Assembly: GCA_040830765.1 (NCBI GenBank)
Contig: JBFOMH010000021.1
Location: forward strand, 64,001 to 128,000
Reading direction: 5' to 3'
Length of the DNA: 64,000 bases
Source: Puniceicoccaceae bacterium
Lineage (GTDB): Bacteria; Verrucomicrobiota; Verrucomicrobiia; Opitutales; Oceanipulchritudinaceae
A model generated the notes under the pieces. That model saw only the letters and a list, made by a program, of their open reading frames with translations, had not been told where the DNA came from and ran no database searches. The position numbers and the translations under genes are program-made. Of this stretch, positions 28,990-38,218 are shown in pieces (positions within the stretch are counted from its first letter, which is position 1; each line of letters opens with the position of its first letter).

Positions 28990-30144
28990 TTATTTTGCCT
29001 GATTCTCGGCAACCAGCTTGTAGAAGTGGTCAAAGAGAGGATCGCTGTCGTGCGGACCCGGGGAAGCTTCCGGGTGGTACTGGACACTAAACACCGGCCA
29101 GTCCTTGTGCCGCAGGCCGGCAACTGTCTGGTCATTCAAGTTATACTCCGTAACAACCGCGCCACAGGCCTTGAGCGATTCATCATCGGCAGCGAAGCCG
29201 TGGTTCTGCGAGGTGATGGCCACGTAGCCATTCTCGATATTCTTGACCGGCTGATTGGCTCCGCGGTGTCCAAATTTCAGCTTGGTGGTCGAGCCACCCA
29301 TGGCGTGGGCAATGATCTGGTGTCCCATGCAGATCCCGAAGACAGGGTACTCTGGAAGCAGTTCCGCCAGCGTCTTGTGGGCGTAGGTGACCGCCGCCGG
29401 ATCACCCGGGCCATTGGAAACGAAGATGCCGGCTGGCTGCAACTCACGAACCTTCGCGGCCTCCGTATCCGCAGGGACAACGGTGACATCAAAGCCGGCC
29501 ATCGTCAGCTTTCGGAATATGTTGCGCTTGGCCCCCATGTCGAATGCGACAATCGGGAAGCGGGGCTTTTCTTCCGGCTCCTTGTTCAGCTTTGTTCCCT
29601 CAACTGTGAAGGGTACGGGCTGCTCATCAAAGGTGTAGATTTCCCGGGTGGTCACTTCCCTGACGTAATCCACTCCGACAAGGCCCTCCCATTCCCGGGC
29701 CCGGCGGACTGCTTCCTCGTCGCTGATATCCTCCGTGCTGAGGCAGGCCTTGAGCGCGCCATGGACGCGGATTTTCTTCGTCAAGGCGCGGGTATCAATT
29801 CCACTGAGACCGGGGATACCGTTCTCCTTGAGATAGTCCGGGAGTGTCTGGTGGCTGCGCCAATTCGAGACCACCGGGCTGATGTCCCGCACAACAAATC
29901 CGCGGACCTTGGGCCCGTCTGATTCCTCGTCATCCGGATTAACCCCGTAGTTGCCAATCTGTGGCGCTGTCATGGTCACGATCTGGCCAAAGTAACTGGG
30001 GTCTGTCAGGATTTCCTGGTAGCCCGACATCGACGTGTTAAAGACCGCTTCACCGACCACTGTGACACTTGCCCCGAAGGCAACGCCCCGGAATACCGAT
30101 CCATCTTCCAAGGCAAGAACTCCCGTTTTTATTGGCTGAACCAT
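28990..30144 (-). CDS. carA: Carbamoyl-phosphate synthase small subunit
   Basis: LALEDG, GEAVFNTSMSGYQEILTDPSY, SNGPGDP, FGICMGHQ, SVQYHPEASPGPHD. carB is not adjacent. Confidence 0.96.
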   Translation of the reverse strand: MVQPIKTGVLALEDGSVFRGVAFGASVTVVGEAVFNTSMSGYQEILTDPSYFGQIVTMTAPQIGNYGVNPDDEESDGPKVRGFVVRDISPVVSNWRSHQTLPDYLKENGIPGLSGIDTRALTKKIRVHGALKACLSTEDISDEEAVRRAREWEGLVGVDYVREVTTREIYTFDEQPVPFTVEGTKLNKEPEEKPRFPIVAFDMGAKRNIFRKLTMAGFDVTVVPADTEAAKVRELQPAGIFVSNGPGDPAAVTYAHKTLAELLPEYPVFGICMGHQIIAHAMGGSTTKLKFGHRGANQPVKNIENGYVAITSQNHGFAADDESLKACGAVVTEYNLNDQTVAGLRHKDWPVFSVQYHPEASPGPHDSDPLFDHFYKLVAENQAK

Positions 30145-30252
30145 TAAAGGGAGGGCATTAAGGAATCCTTGGCCCGGAAATCAATTCCTTTCCTGCTTTT
30201 TTGAATCTTTTTCTCCTCACCAGCAGGATGGACGACCATCAAACACGCCCGC

Positions 30253-30558
30253 TTAGCGCTTCAGGGCCAGCTGCAACTGCTCCACTATTTCATCCGCCCG
30301 CTCCGGATCGATCCAGTAGTAGACATCGCGGCACTGCTTCGTGTGGCGCACGATGCCCAGCGTCCGCAGGCGGGCCAGGTGATTCGAGACCGTCGACTGG
30401 GTCAGGCCCAGGTGCTCCGCGATCTGGGAGACGTTTTTCCCCTCACAACAGTCCGGAGTGGTTGGCAGCATTTCCAGGATGCGTAGCCGCGTCACGTCCC
30501 CGATGGTCCACAGGTATCGGGCCAGATCCTCTTCGTTGACTGGTGCGTGGGCGGTCAT
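30253..30558 (-). CDS. ArsR/SmtB family transcriptional regulator
   Basis: IGDVTRLRIL...NVSQIAEHLGLTQSTVSNHLARLRTLGIV wHTH; Cys pair DCCEG plus KQCR. Confidence 0.85.
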   Translation of the reverse strand: MTAHAPVNEEDLARYLWTIGDVTRLRILEMLPTTPDCCEGKNVSQIAEHLGLTQSTVSNHLARLRTLGIVRHTKQCRDVYYWIDPERADEIVEQLQLALKR

Positions 30559-30641
30559 TTTCTCCTGATGTATTGACAAGTTAGGATATATGAACATTAA
30601 AAAGCAAATATATTTTAATTGGGAGGGAAAAAAAGCAAACG

Positions 30642-31832
30642 ATGTATCCGCAAGACAAGAGAGAGAACTGGTACCGTGGCCGCGGGCTATGGGAGAATGT
30701 GGAGCCGGCGGAGTGGGCGGACTGGCGCTGGCAGATGCGGAACCGGATCACGAAGCTGGAGGAGTTGGAGGAGCTGATGGAGCTGACCCCGACGGAGCGC
30801 GAGGGGTGTCTGTTTGCGCGGACCAAGTTGTCGCTGGCGATCACGCCGTACTATTTCAATTTGATCGACCGGGATGATCCGGAGTGTCCGATCCGGAAGC
30901 AGGTGATACCGCGGTCGGACGAGATGATGGTCTCCCCGGAGGAGCTGCTGGACCCGGTGGGCGAGGAAGGCTCGATGGCGGTCGACGGACTGGTACACCG
31001 TTATCCTGACCGGTGCCTGTTTCTGGTAACGAGCGTCTGCGCAGCTTATTGCCGATACTGCACGCGGAGCCGTTTGGTCTCGAATGCACAAGGATATGAT
31101 TTTCACCCGAACTTTGAGAATGCGCTGAAGTACATCGAGGAGCACGAGGAGATCCGGGACGTTCTGTTAAGCGGCGGGGATCCGCTGCTGTTATCGGACA
31201 AGAAGCTGGACTACCTGCTGGGCCGGTTGCGGGCCATCAAGCACGTCGAGTTCATCCGCATCGGTTCGCGAATCCCGGTATTCATGCCACAGCGGGTGAC
31301 CCCGGAGCTGCAGGACGTCTTTCGCCGGCATGGACCGGTTTGGATGAGTATCCACGTGAATCATCCCCGGGAATGCACTGAAGAGCTGTACGGGGCAGCG
31401 GAGCGCTTGACGATGGCGGGGGTGCCGTTGGGCAACCAGAGTGTCCTCTTGCGCGGAGTAAACGACGATTTGGAGACGATGAAGTCGCTGGTCCACCGGT
31501 TGCTGATGATGCGGGTACGGCCGTATTACCTGTACCAGTGCGACCTGATTACCGGCTCGCGTCATTTCCGGGCTGACCTGGACAAGGGAATTGAGATCAT
31601 GAAGGGGCTGCGGGGCCACAGCACAGGTTATTCCGTTCCGCAATTCGTCATTGATGCACCTGGCGGCGGGGGGAAGATTCCCATCAATCCGGAGTACGTA
31701 AAGGCGATCACCGAGAGCGAAATTATCATGCGCAATTTCGAGGGGGGCGAGTATCGCTATCCCCTCAGCGGCGGCCCCGTGGTCAACGAGAACGGGCAGG
31801 CAGTCGAGATTCCGGAAGGAATTCTCGTTTAG
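30642..31832 (+). CDS. kamA: KamA-family radical SAM protein (lysine 2,3-aminomutase-like)
   Basis: WADWRWQ, HRYPDR, CAAYCRYCTR (CxxxCxxC), LSGGDPL, NQSVLLRGVND, PYYLYQCD, DAPGGGGKIP (PLP Lys). Confidence 0.9.
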   Translation: MYPQDKRENWYRGRGLWENVEPAEWADWRWQMRNRITKLEELEELMELTPTEREGCLFARTKLSLAITPYYFNLIDRDDPECPIRKQVIPRSDEMMVSPEELLDPVGEEGSMAVDGLVHRYPDRCLFLVTSVCAAYCRYCTRSRLVSNAQGYDFHPNFENALKYIEEHEEIRDVLLSGGDPLLLSDKKLDYLLGRLRAIKHVEFIRIGSRIPVFMPQRVTPELQDVFRRHGPVWMSIHVNHPRECTEELYGAAERLTMAGVPLGNQSVLLRGVNDDLETMKSLVHRLLMMRVRPYYLYQCDLITGSRHFRADLDKGIEIMKGLRGHSTGYSVPQFVIDAPGGGGKIPINPEYVKAITESEIIMRNFEGGEYRYPLSGGPVVNENGQAVEIPEGILV

Positions 31833-32476
31833 TCTGTGAGTGGCATCTCATTCAGGCCGTGTGGATGGTTGACGACGGCATAGAGCATCCCGTCTCCAAC
31901 TTTGACACTGACTTGTTCTGCCTCGACACGATTGCTTTGACCCAGTTGCTCTCCAGGGCCCATGGAGGCATCCTCAAGGTTCCAGTGGAGGCCTGTTGTG
32001 TGCACCCCTGAGCAAGTGGCGAACGGGATCAGGCTGACCAAAGTATCTTTGGGGAGGGAGATGCTGAATGGGCTTGCGGGGGTGATCCTGAATATGGATT
32101 GCGTATCGTCGTGAAAGACCACCTCCAGATGAGGGGGAAGTCCAGCGGCGATGAGGAGATTGGTCAGGAAGTGGTCGGAGCGGAGCCCGGTTCCGCCAAG
32201 GATCTCTATGGATTGTGTTTCCGGGGACACCTGGCGCAAGGCCTTCTCAAAGTCGGTCGCATCTTGTTCCGGAGCGGGCGTTACCTGCAGGCCGGGTGAT
32301 TCCGGGATCGTGCCGATGGAATCAAAGTCACCAGTAACCACATCCGGTTGGACACCGGTTTCGACCGCGGCATGGTATCCCTTGTCGGCAGCAATGATTC
32401 GCCCTGCGCGACGGGCGGCGAGGCGGGACAACTGCGGGGAGGGTTTTTCTCCTCCGAGATAAATAAGGTTGTTCAC
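31829..32476 (-). CDS. thiN: Thiamine diphosphokinase
   Basis: IAADKG, PDVVTGDFDS, QDATDFEKAL, GGTGLRSDHFLTN, VSLIP, TTGLHWNL, SN. Confidence 0.9.
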   Translation of the reverse strand: MNNLIYLGGEKPSPQLSRLAARRAGRIIAADKGYHAAVETGVQPDVVTGDFDSIGTIPESPGLQVTPAPEQDATDFEKALRQVSPETQSIEILGGTGLRSDHFLTNLLIAAGLPPHLEVVFHDDTQSIFRITPASPFSISLPKDTLVSLIPFATCSGVHTTGLHWNLEDASMGPGEQLGQSNRVEAEQVSVKVGDGMLYAVVNHPHGLNEMPLTD

Positions 32477-32572
32477 GGCTAGGGACTAATTGAAAGCGGG
32501 AATGGTATTGATTTGTGGGACCACTTGGCAAGGATGCGGACCACACCTTGTCGAGAATTCCCAACTGCCGCA

Positions 32573-33961
32573 ATGTCCTTCCGTCCTTTAGATTTGGCCA
32601 TCATCTTCGCCTACTTCGGTGTGGTTGTGTTCCTCGGTTGGTTCAAGAGAGGGCGGCCCAAGGATGCAGACTACCTGTTGATGGGTCGCCAGTTGACGAT
32701 GCCCGGTTTCCTCCTGTCCCTGGTCTCGACGTGGTATGGCGGGATTCTTGGCTCGAGTGAGTACTCATACAGCTATGGCCTCAGTAACTGGATCGTCTTC
32801 GGGGTTCCGTATTATGTCTTCGCCGGCATCTTCGCGATCTTCCTCGCCAAGCGGGCCCGGGAAAAGTACGTCATCTCCATCCCGCACCTGATCGGTGAAA
32901 ACTACGGGGTGCCGGGACGAGTGCTCTCGGGCCTGCTTGTCCTGCTGCTGGCCACCCCGGCTCCCTACATCCTGACCATTGGTGTCTTGCTGCACTTTCT
33001 TTTCGGGGCTCCCCTGGTCCCGGCGATCATTGGCGGGGCTGTCTTTTCCTTCCTCTATGTCTACCGGGATGGGCTGGCCGTTATCATCCGGACAGATCTT
33101 TTCCAGTGCACCTTGATGTACGGGGGATATATCCTGCTCTTTGCCTTTGCCTGGCTGGAGTGGGGGAGTCCCCTTGAGTTGTACGAGGCGGTTCGTGCGA
33201 AATCGCCCGAACATGTGACCCTGACCGGCGGACAGCCCATGACCTACATCCTGGCCTGGTTTTTCATGGCCAGCTGGACGCTTGTTTCCCCGATGTTCCA
33301 CCAGCGTGTCTATGCCCTGCGCCATGAGAAGCATGCCCGGCGGGGCATTTTCATGGCGGTCCTGATGTGGTTTGTTTTCGACTTCCTGACGACCATTATC
33401 GGCCTCTATGCCTTTGCCCACCTTGCTGAGCTGGGGGATGCCCGGGTATCCCACCTCTCGGTTGCGGAGACCCTTCTTCCGGTGGGCCTCTGGGGTCTTT
33501 TCATTACGGGGATTTTCAGTGTTGTCATGTCGACCCTCGACAGTGAGTTGTTCGTATCCGGAGTAACCCTTGGACCCGACATCCTGGGTCGTTTTCCACG
33601 GCTACGCCGTCTTTCGGATCCCGTCCTGACCCGCCTGGGAATGGCCATTGTCGCCGCGGCCTCGGTGGTCTTTGCCATCTATGTCCCGAGCGTTGTCGAT
33701 ATTTACTTCACGATCGGTACCTTGGCCGTTCCGGGCCTTCTCCTGCCGGTCCTGAGCAGCGCGGGGGTGATCCCCCGCATTGCGCCCGGACTGGTGGCCC
33801 TCCATCTGGTCGCCGTACCGGGGGTATCCTCGGTCTGGTATTTGATCAGTCGCTACAGTCCGGATCTGTTGCCCCCGGTGGAGGCGTTTTATCCGGGCTG
33901 CCTGGCCAGTGCCGCCATTTGGGTCATTGGACTGTTCCAGCGTGCTGGCAAGACGGGCTAG
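32573..33961 (+). CDS. Sodium:solute symporter (SSS) family transporter, probable thiamine-related
   Basis: DYLLMGRQL, LVSTWYGGILG, TDLFQ, HQRVYA, MSTLDS; about 13 TM segments; flanked by thiN and the TPP-regulated receptor. Confidence 0.85.
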   Translation: MSFRPLDLAIIFAYFGVVVFLGWFKRGRPKDADYLLMGRQLTMPGFLLSLVSTWYGGILGSSEYSYSYGLSNWIVFGVPYYVFAGIFAIFLAKRAREKYVISIPHLIGENYGVPGRVLSGLLVLLLATPAPYILTIGVLLHFLFGAPLVPAIIGGAVFSFLYVYRDGLAVIIRTDLFQCTLMYGGYILLFAFAWLEWGSPLELYEAVRAKSPEHVTLTGGQPMTYILAWFFMASWTLVSPMFHQRVYALRHEKHARRGIFMAVLMWFVFDFLTTIIGLYAFAHLAELGDARVSHLSVAETLLPVGLWGLFITGIFSVVMSTLDSELFVSGVTLGPDILGRFPRLRRLSDPVLTRLGMAIVAAASVVFAIYVPSVVDIYFTIGTLAVPGLLLPVLSSAGVIPRIAPGLVALHLVAVPGVSSVWYLISRYSPDLLPPVEAFYPGCLASAAIWVIGLFQRAGKTG

Positions 33962-36060
33962 AAGGCAAAGCGTGCCGAGACGCCGATCTGCCGTGGTGCG
34001 CCTTCGCTGATCCAGCGGCGAGGGTTGTCATAATTAGGAGGTTCGTTAGCGAAGAAAAATCCGTGTGCGGCGTAGCCTTTATCAAGAGCATTTCGCATCC
34101 AGACGCTCACACTCCAAGCCTCGGCCCGGTACCCGAGATGGAGGTGGAGCAGGTTGTAGGATTGAAGGGACTGGTCGTTTGCCACGTCAAAGAGATAGGC
34201 ATCCCTTCCTTCCAACTGGGCGCCGGCAAAGAAACCTTCAGCAAAGGTGTATTCCCCACCGATGGCATAGGTATAGGAAGGGGCATAAGCCTGTTGACGG
34301 CCATCGAGGACAATCTCGGTCTGGCCGTCATTCGGATCAATATAGCGGTAGTCGCTGAATTCGGTTTCCAATAAGCCAAGGCTGGCATGGAGTCGCAGGT
34401 TGGCATTGACGCGCCAGTCCAGCTCGAGCTCGAATCCGTAATTGTTGCCGGAAGCCGCGTTATCCTTGTAAAGGGCGAAGGTGTTGCCGTCACCCAGCTG
34501 GACAGATGAATCCACCTGAATGTCGCTCCGGTCCATGTAGAAGGCTGTCAGCTGGGTGCGGAGGGATCTTCCGAGTAGAAATCCTTTCCAGCCGGCCTCG
34601 TAATTCCAGAGGGTTTCGGTCCCGTAGATGCGAAAGGCGTCCGGCACGTCATCGTCCAGGTTGACGCCTCCCGCCTTGAATCCGCGGTCAATGGAGACAT
34701 AAAGCAGGTTTTCGGGGGAGGTGCGGTATTCAAGGGCCAGCTTGCCTCCCCATGGCTGGTCACTGCTTTTCAGGCGGACGCCATAGTCATTCGAATAATC
34801 GATGGAGACGTCCTCCAGACGTCCCGCGAGGGTCAGTCCAATAGCATCACCAATTTGCACCCGGGCTTGGGCGTAGGCGGCGGTGGTTTCCATGGCATAA
34901 AGACTGTTAACCCCGAAATACACCTGTTCTTCCTCGAAGTCGCGGTGATAGAGACCGGCAGCCCACTTGGTAAAGAGTTGGTCCTCATCCTGATAGCCGC
35001 GGGAGGTAGCCCGCAGGTCGTGGCTCCAGACGGTCCGGGTTCTTTCAGTGACGTCAGTGCCCCAGTAGACCACGGGCCCATAGAGCTCCATCAGTTCCTC
35101 CGGGTTGCTCCAATCCCAGTCGAAGCTGTAGAGGAGGTCGCTGTCCGAAACGGAAGCGCTGTAGCTGATGTCGACGGATTCAGTGGCCTGCCATTTCGCT
35201 CGAAGACCTGCTGCTTTTGTTTCCTGACTGTCCATGCCCGGTTCATCGGTTGTCGTGATAAAACTGTTGTTGGTCAGGGACCAGGCGTCGTAGCCGTTCT
35301 GGAAATCGAAGTAAAGCAGGGTCAGGTCGATTTCAAGCGGGGAGGAAGGATCCCAGTTTAGCTTGAGCCGGGCGGTCTTCTCATCACGCTCGTTAGTATC
35401 ATCCCGTCCAAGGAAGCGATTTTCCCTGTAACCATTATCCTGATACATTTGTGCGGAGATGCGGTAGGAGAGGGAACTGTCCCCGGTGCCGTCGAGGCTC
35501 CCACCGGCAGCGGCCCCGAGGGAAAAAAGGTCATGGTCACCGACCGACATTTCCAGTTTTCCATTCGTCGTGGCCGAAGGGGCTGTAGTCTCCACAAGGA
35601 TTAGACCGGCCAGCGCGTTGGCGCCGAATGCAGCCGCCTGGGGTCCCCGCAGGACCTCCACACGTTCAACATCGAGGAGGCCGGCGACACCCCCAATGCC
35701 AGTCATGTCGATGCCGTCGACGATCACACCCACGCTGGAGGCGGGGATTTCATTGCCAAACTGGCTGCTTTCCCCAATGCCGCGGATCTGGAAGAAGCGC
35801 GGTCTCGAGGTGCCTCCCGCCCAATTGAGGTTTGGCAGTTGCCCAAGAAGGTCTTCCAGGTGCCCGGCCCCGTTCAAGCCGGTATCCTCCACCTGGATGA
35901 TGCTGGCACTGGCCGGCAATTGCTCAATGGGCCCCTGCAGGAGATCACCTCGTACGATCAGGGGATCGAGTTCGTAGACCTCGGATTCGTTCGCCGCGGA
36001 AAGGTTGGTCAAAAGCAACGCCGCAAGGGCGCTGGCCGGGATGATTTTCTGGATGGTCAT
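33958..36060 (-). CDS. TonB-dependent receptor, probable thiamine uptake
   Basis: Signal peptide, TonB-box-like LDPLIVRG, plug FQIRGIG...VEVLRGPQ, GFKAGG, C-terminal aromatic RFAF; TPP riboswitch upstream. Confidence 0.9.
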   Translation of the reverse strand: MTIQKIIPASALAALLLTNLSAANESEVYELDPLIVRGDLLQGPIEQLPASASIIQVEDTGLNGAGHLEDLLGQLPNLNWAGGTSRPRFFQIRGIGESSQFGNEIPASSVGVIVDGIDMTGIGGVAGLLDVERVEVLRGPQAAAFGANALAGLILVETTAPSATTNGKLEMSVGDHDLFSLGAAAGGSLDGTGDSSLSYRISAQMYQDNGYRENRFLGRDDTNERDEKTARLKLNWDPSSPLEIDLTLLYFDFQNGYDAWSLTNNSFITTTDEPGMDSQETKAAGLRAKWQATESVDISYSASVSDSDLLYSFDWDWSNPEELMELYGPVVYWGTDVTERTRTVWSHDLRATSRGYQDEDQLFTKWAAGLYHRDFEEEQVYFGVNSLYAMETTAAYAQARVQIGDAIGLTLAGRLEDVSIDYSNDYGVRLKSSDQPWGGKLALEYRTSPENLLYVSIDRGFKAGGVNLDDDVPDAFRIYGTETLWNYEAGWKGFLLGRSLRTQLTAFYMDRSDIQVDSSVQLGDGNTFALYKDNAASGNNYGFELELDWRVNANLRLHASLGLLETEFSDYRYIDPNDGQTEIVLDGRQQAYAPSYTYAIGGEYTFAEGFFAGAQLEGRDAYLFDVANDQSLQSYNLLHLHLGYRAEAWSVSVWMRNALDKGYAAHGFFFANEPPNYDNPRRWISEGAPRQIGVSARFAF

Positions 36061-36122
36061 GTTCTGTTTGCTGAGTTGCGCCGCATCCGGGTGGGGCGGG
36101 AAGCACGCTTCAAACGTGACAC

Positions 36123-36232
36123 GACCTCCTTCCCTACGCCGGTGCGAACCGGATCAGGTTCCAAGGGTTCACAGCTTGTCCCAACGTTGGAAGGGCTGTG
36201 TCTCAGACTCATTCAAGTCACCCCCAGTGATC
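36123..36232 (-). ncRNA. TPP (THI-box) riboswitch
   Basis: Minus strand reads GATCACTGGGGGTG...CTGAGA-[hairpin CACAGC...GCTGTG]-AACCCTTGGAACCTGATCCGGTTCGCACCGGCGTAGGGAAGGAGGTC, containing the conserved TPP blocks plus an extra P3a-type stem. Confidence 0.93.
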
Positions 36233-36240
36233 TGCCTGAG

Positions 36241-36269
36241 ACCATTTTGCCGGGATGGGATAGTGTCAA
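36241..36269 (-). promoter_or_regulatory. Putative sigma70 promoter for the riboswitch/TBDR transcript
   Basis: TTGACA (36269-36264), 17-nt spacer, AATGGT; would place the TSS just before the aptamer. Confidence 0.45.
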
Positions 36270-36337
36270 GGTGAAAGCCAGCGTATCGGGACGATTTGGG
36301 TTTGCCCTTTGCCAGTGAAAGCGGTTCGCTGCGCCTC

Positions 36338-37018
36338 ATGGTTTCAGTATTGCAGGTCAAGGGAGTGTTGCTGGACATGGACGGCTTGTTGCTGGATACC
36401 GAGCGCGTTGCGGACCGTTGCTGGAGAACAGCCGAACGGGAATCCGGTTTCTCGATGCCGGACGGCTTCTACTTCACCCTCATCGGCCAATCGATGTCCA
36501 GAATTGAAGAGCGTCTGCACGAGGTCATGAACCCGGCATGCGACGTGGAGGGGTTTCTCAAGATCGCCAACCGGGTTTATGATGAAGCGATCGTGGAGGG
36601 CACAGTGCCGCTGAAGGAGGGGGCTGCTGAATTGTTGCGTTACCTTGCCGAGAGGGACATACCGCGTTGTCTGGCCACTTCCACATTCCGGAAATTGTGC
36701 GAGCACAAGCTGAGTTCAACGGGATTGGACCGCTATATTCCTGAACGGGTGACCGGGGATGCGGTCGAGCACAGCAAGCCAGCTCCTGACATTTATCTGG
36801 AGGCGGCCCGTAAAATCAGCCTGCCACCCGGGCAACTGATGGTCCTTGAAGACAGCGAAAATGGATTGAAGTCCGCGCTGGCTGCCGGTTGTCAGGCAGT
36901 GCATATTCCGGACCTGGCTCCGGTTGCTTTGGAGATCCAGCAGCAGGCAGCACGGGTATACCGGGACCTTACTGAAGTCCTCGCGGCCTTTCAGCGGGAA
37001 GAGATCGTCATTCGCTAA
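36338..37018 (+). CDS. HAD-superfamily hydrolase (beta-PGM/CbbY-like phosphatase)
   Basis: Motif I LLDMDGLLLDTE, ATST, SKPAPDIY, LEDSENG. Confidence 0.88.
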   Translation: MVSVLQVKGVLLDMDGLLLDTERVADRCWRTAERESGFSMPDGFYFTLIGQSMSRIEERLHEVMNPACDVEGFLKIANRVYDEAIVEGTVPLKEGAAELLRYLAERDIPRCLATSTFRKLCEHKLSSTGLDRYIPERVTGDAVEHSKPAPDIYLEAARKISLPPGQLMVLEDSENGLKSALAAGCQAVHIPDLAPVALEIQQQAARVYRDLTEVLAAFQREEIVIR

Positions 37019-37023
37019 TCACC

Positions 37024-37608
37024 TTACCAGCGGGGGGTCTCGGCCCGCTTGGCGATGAAAAAGCCGGCTCCGCCACCCAGCAGGCCGCCGATGATGTGCG
37101 CAAACTGGGCGATATGATCCTGCTGCGAGAAGGCTCGAATAACCTCACCACCAATGAAGATGAGGCTGATGAGGATGAAAGTGAGGGGGATGGTGCCCGA
37201 TTTGGCGTTGGCAAAGCTGGAAAGGACGATGAAGGCGAAAACAATGCTGCTGGCTCCCATCAGGCTGCCTGGGAAGAGCAGGACCATGACCAGGCCGGTC
37301 AGGAATGCGGTGACGGCTGCCAGGAGCAAGAGAAGTCCTGGACCGTACATTTCCTCAAGAAGGGGGCCAACCAAGAGGAGGACGGTTAGGTTGGCGAACA
37401 GGTGCTGGACGGAGGCATGGCCGAGGACGTGGAGGAAGAGCCGCGGCCAGGTAGTCCAGTCGAGCAGTCCGGCCGAACCAGGTATGGAGAAGATGTGGGC
37501 ATTGGACCAGCCCTGGGATAGCATGCCAACCACGTAGACGACCATGGCCAGGAAGGCAAAGGAGAGGCAGAAAGGGGCATTATAGTCGATGCGCAGGCGT
37601 TTCTTCAT
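37024..37608 (-). CDS. Rhomboid family intramembrane serine protease
   Basis: HVLGHASVQHLFAN, GPLLEE, GASS (catalytic Ser), AHIIGG (catalytic His). Confidence 0.85.
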   Translation of the reverse strand: MKKRLRIDYNAPFCLSFAFLAMVVYVVGMLSQGWSNAHIFSIPGSAGLLDWTTWPRLFLHVLGHASVQHLFANLTVLLLVGPLLEEMYGPGLLLLLAAVTAFLTGLVMVLLFPGSLMGASSIVFAFIVLSSFANAKSGTIPLTFILISLIFIGGEVIRAFSQQDHIAQFAHIIGGLLGGGAGFFIAKRAETPRW

Positions 37609-37691
37609 GAATAGGATTTATGCTGCCTCGCTATCAGCTGCAAGCATTGTGTGGTTGCACTGCCTGGAGGAATTCCCTTTAGCTGTTCACC

Positions 37692-38195
37692 ATGAGTTTG
37701 GCAAAAGAGAACCCCCAGCCAGAAGTTTCCAGCAAGGAGTTGCTGGAGCAAGTGGCCTCCCTCGTTGAGGGAAGGGACGAGCGGCCCAGTTGGGATGAGT
37801 ACTTCATGAGCGTGGCCTTGCTGATCAGTCTCCGTTCAGCGTGTGATCGGCTGCAGGTTGGTTGTGTCCTGGTCACTGGTGGAGACCAGAGCAACCGCAT
37901 TGTCGCTGCTGGCTACAACGGATTTCTACCCGGGGCCCCCCACATCAGTCACGTGCGCGATGGACATGAACTGGCAACGGTCCATGCCGAGCAAAATGCC
38001 ATTGCCGATGCAGCCCGCAGAGGTGTGTCCCTCCTGGGGGCGACCGCCTATGTATCCCACTTTCCCTGTATCAACTGTTCCAAGCTTCTGGCTTCGTCAG
38101 GAATCCGGCAGATAAAGTACCATTGGGACTATCGAAATGACACATTGGCGTCCGACTTGCTTGATGAAGCGGGAATAGAAGTCCATCAATTCTAG
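37692..38195 (+). CDS. dCMP deaminase / ComEB-family deaminase
   Basis: RPSWDEYFM, RSAC, GYNG, HAEQNA, PCINC. Confidence 0.9.
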   Translation: MSLAKENPQPEVSSKELLEQVASLVEGRDERPSWDEYFMSVALLISLRSACDRLQVGCVLVTGGDQSNRIVAAGYNGFLPGAPHISHVRDGHELATVHAEQNAIADAARRGVSLLGATAYVSHFPCINCSKLLASSGIRQIKYHWDYRNDTLASDLLDEAGIEVHQF

Positions 38196-38218
38196 TCTGA
38201 CAATAAAGCGTTATTACC

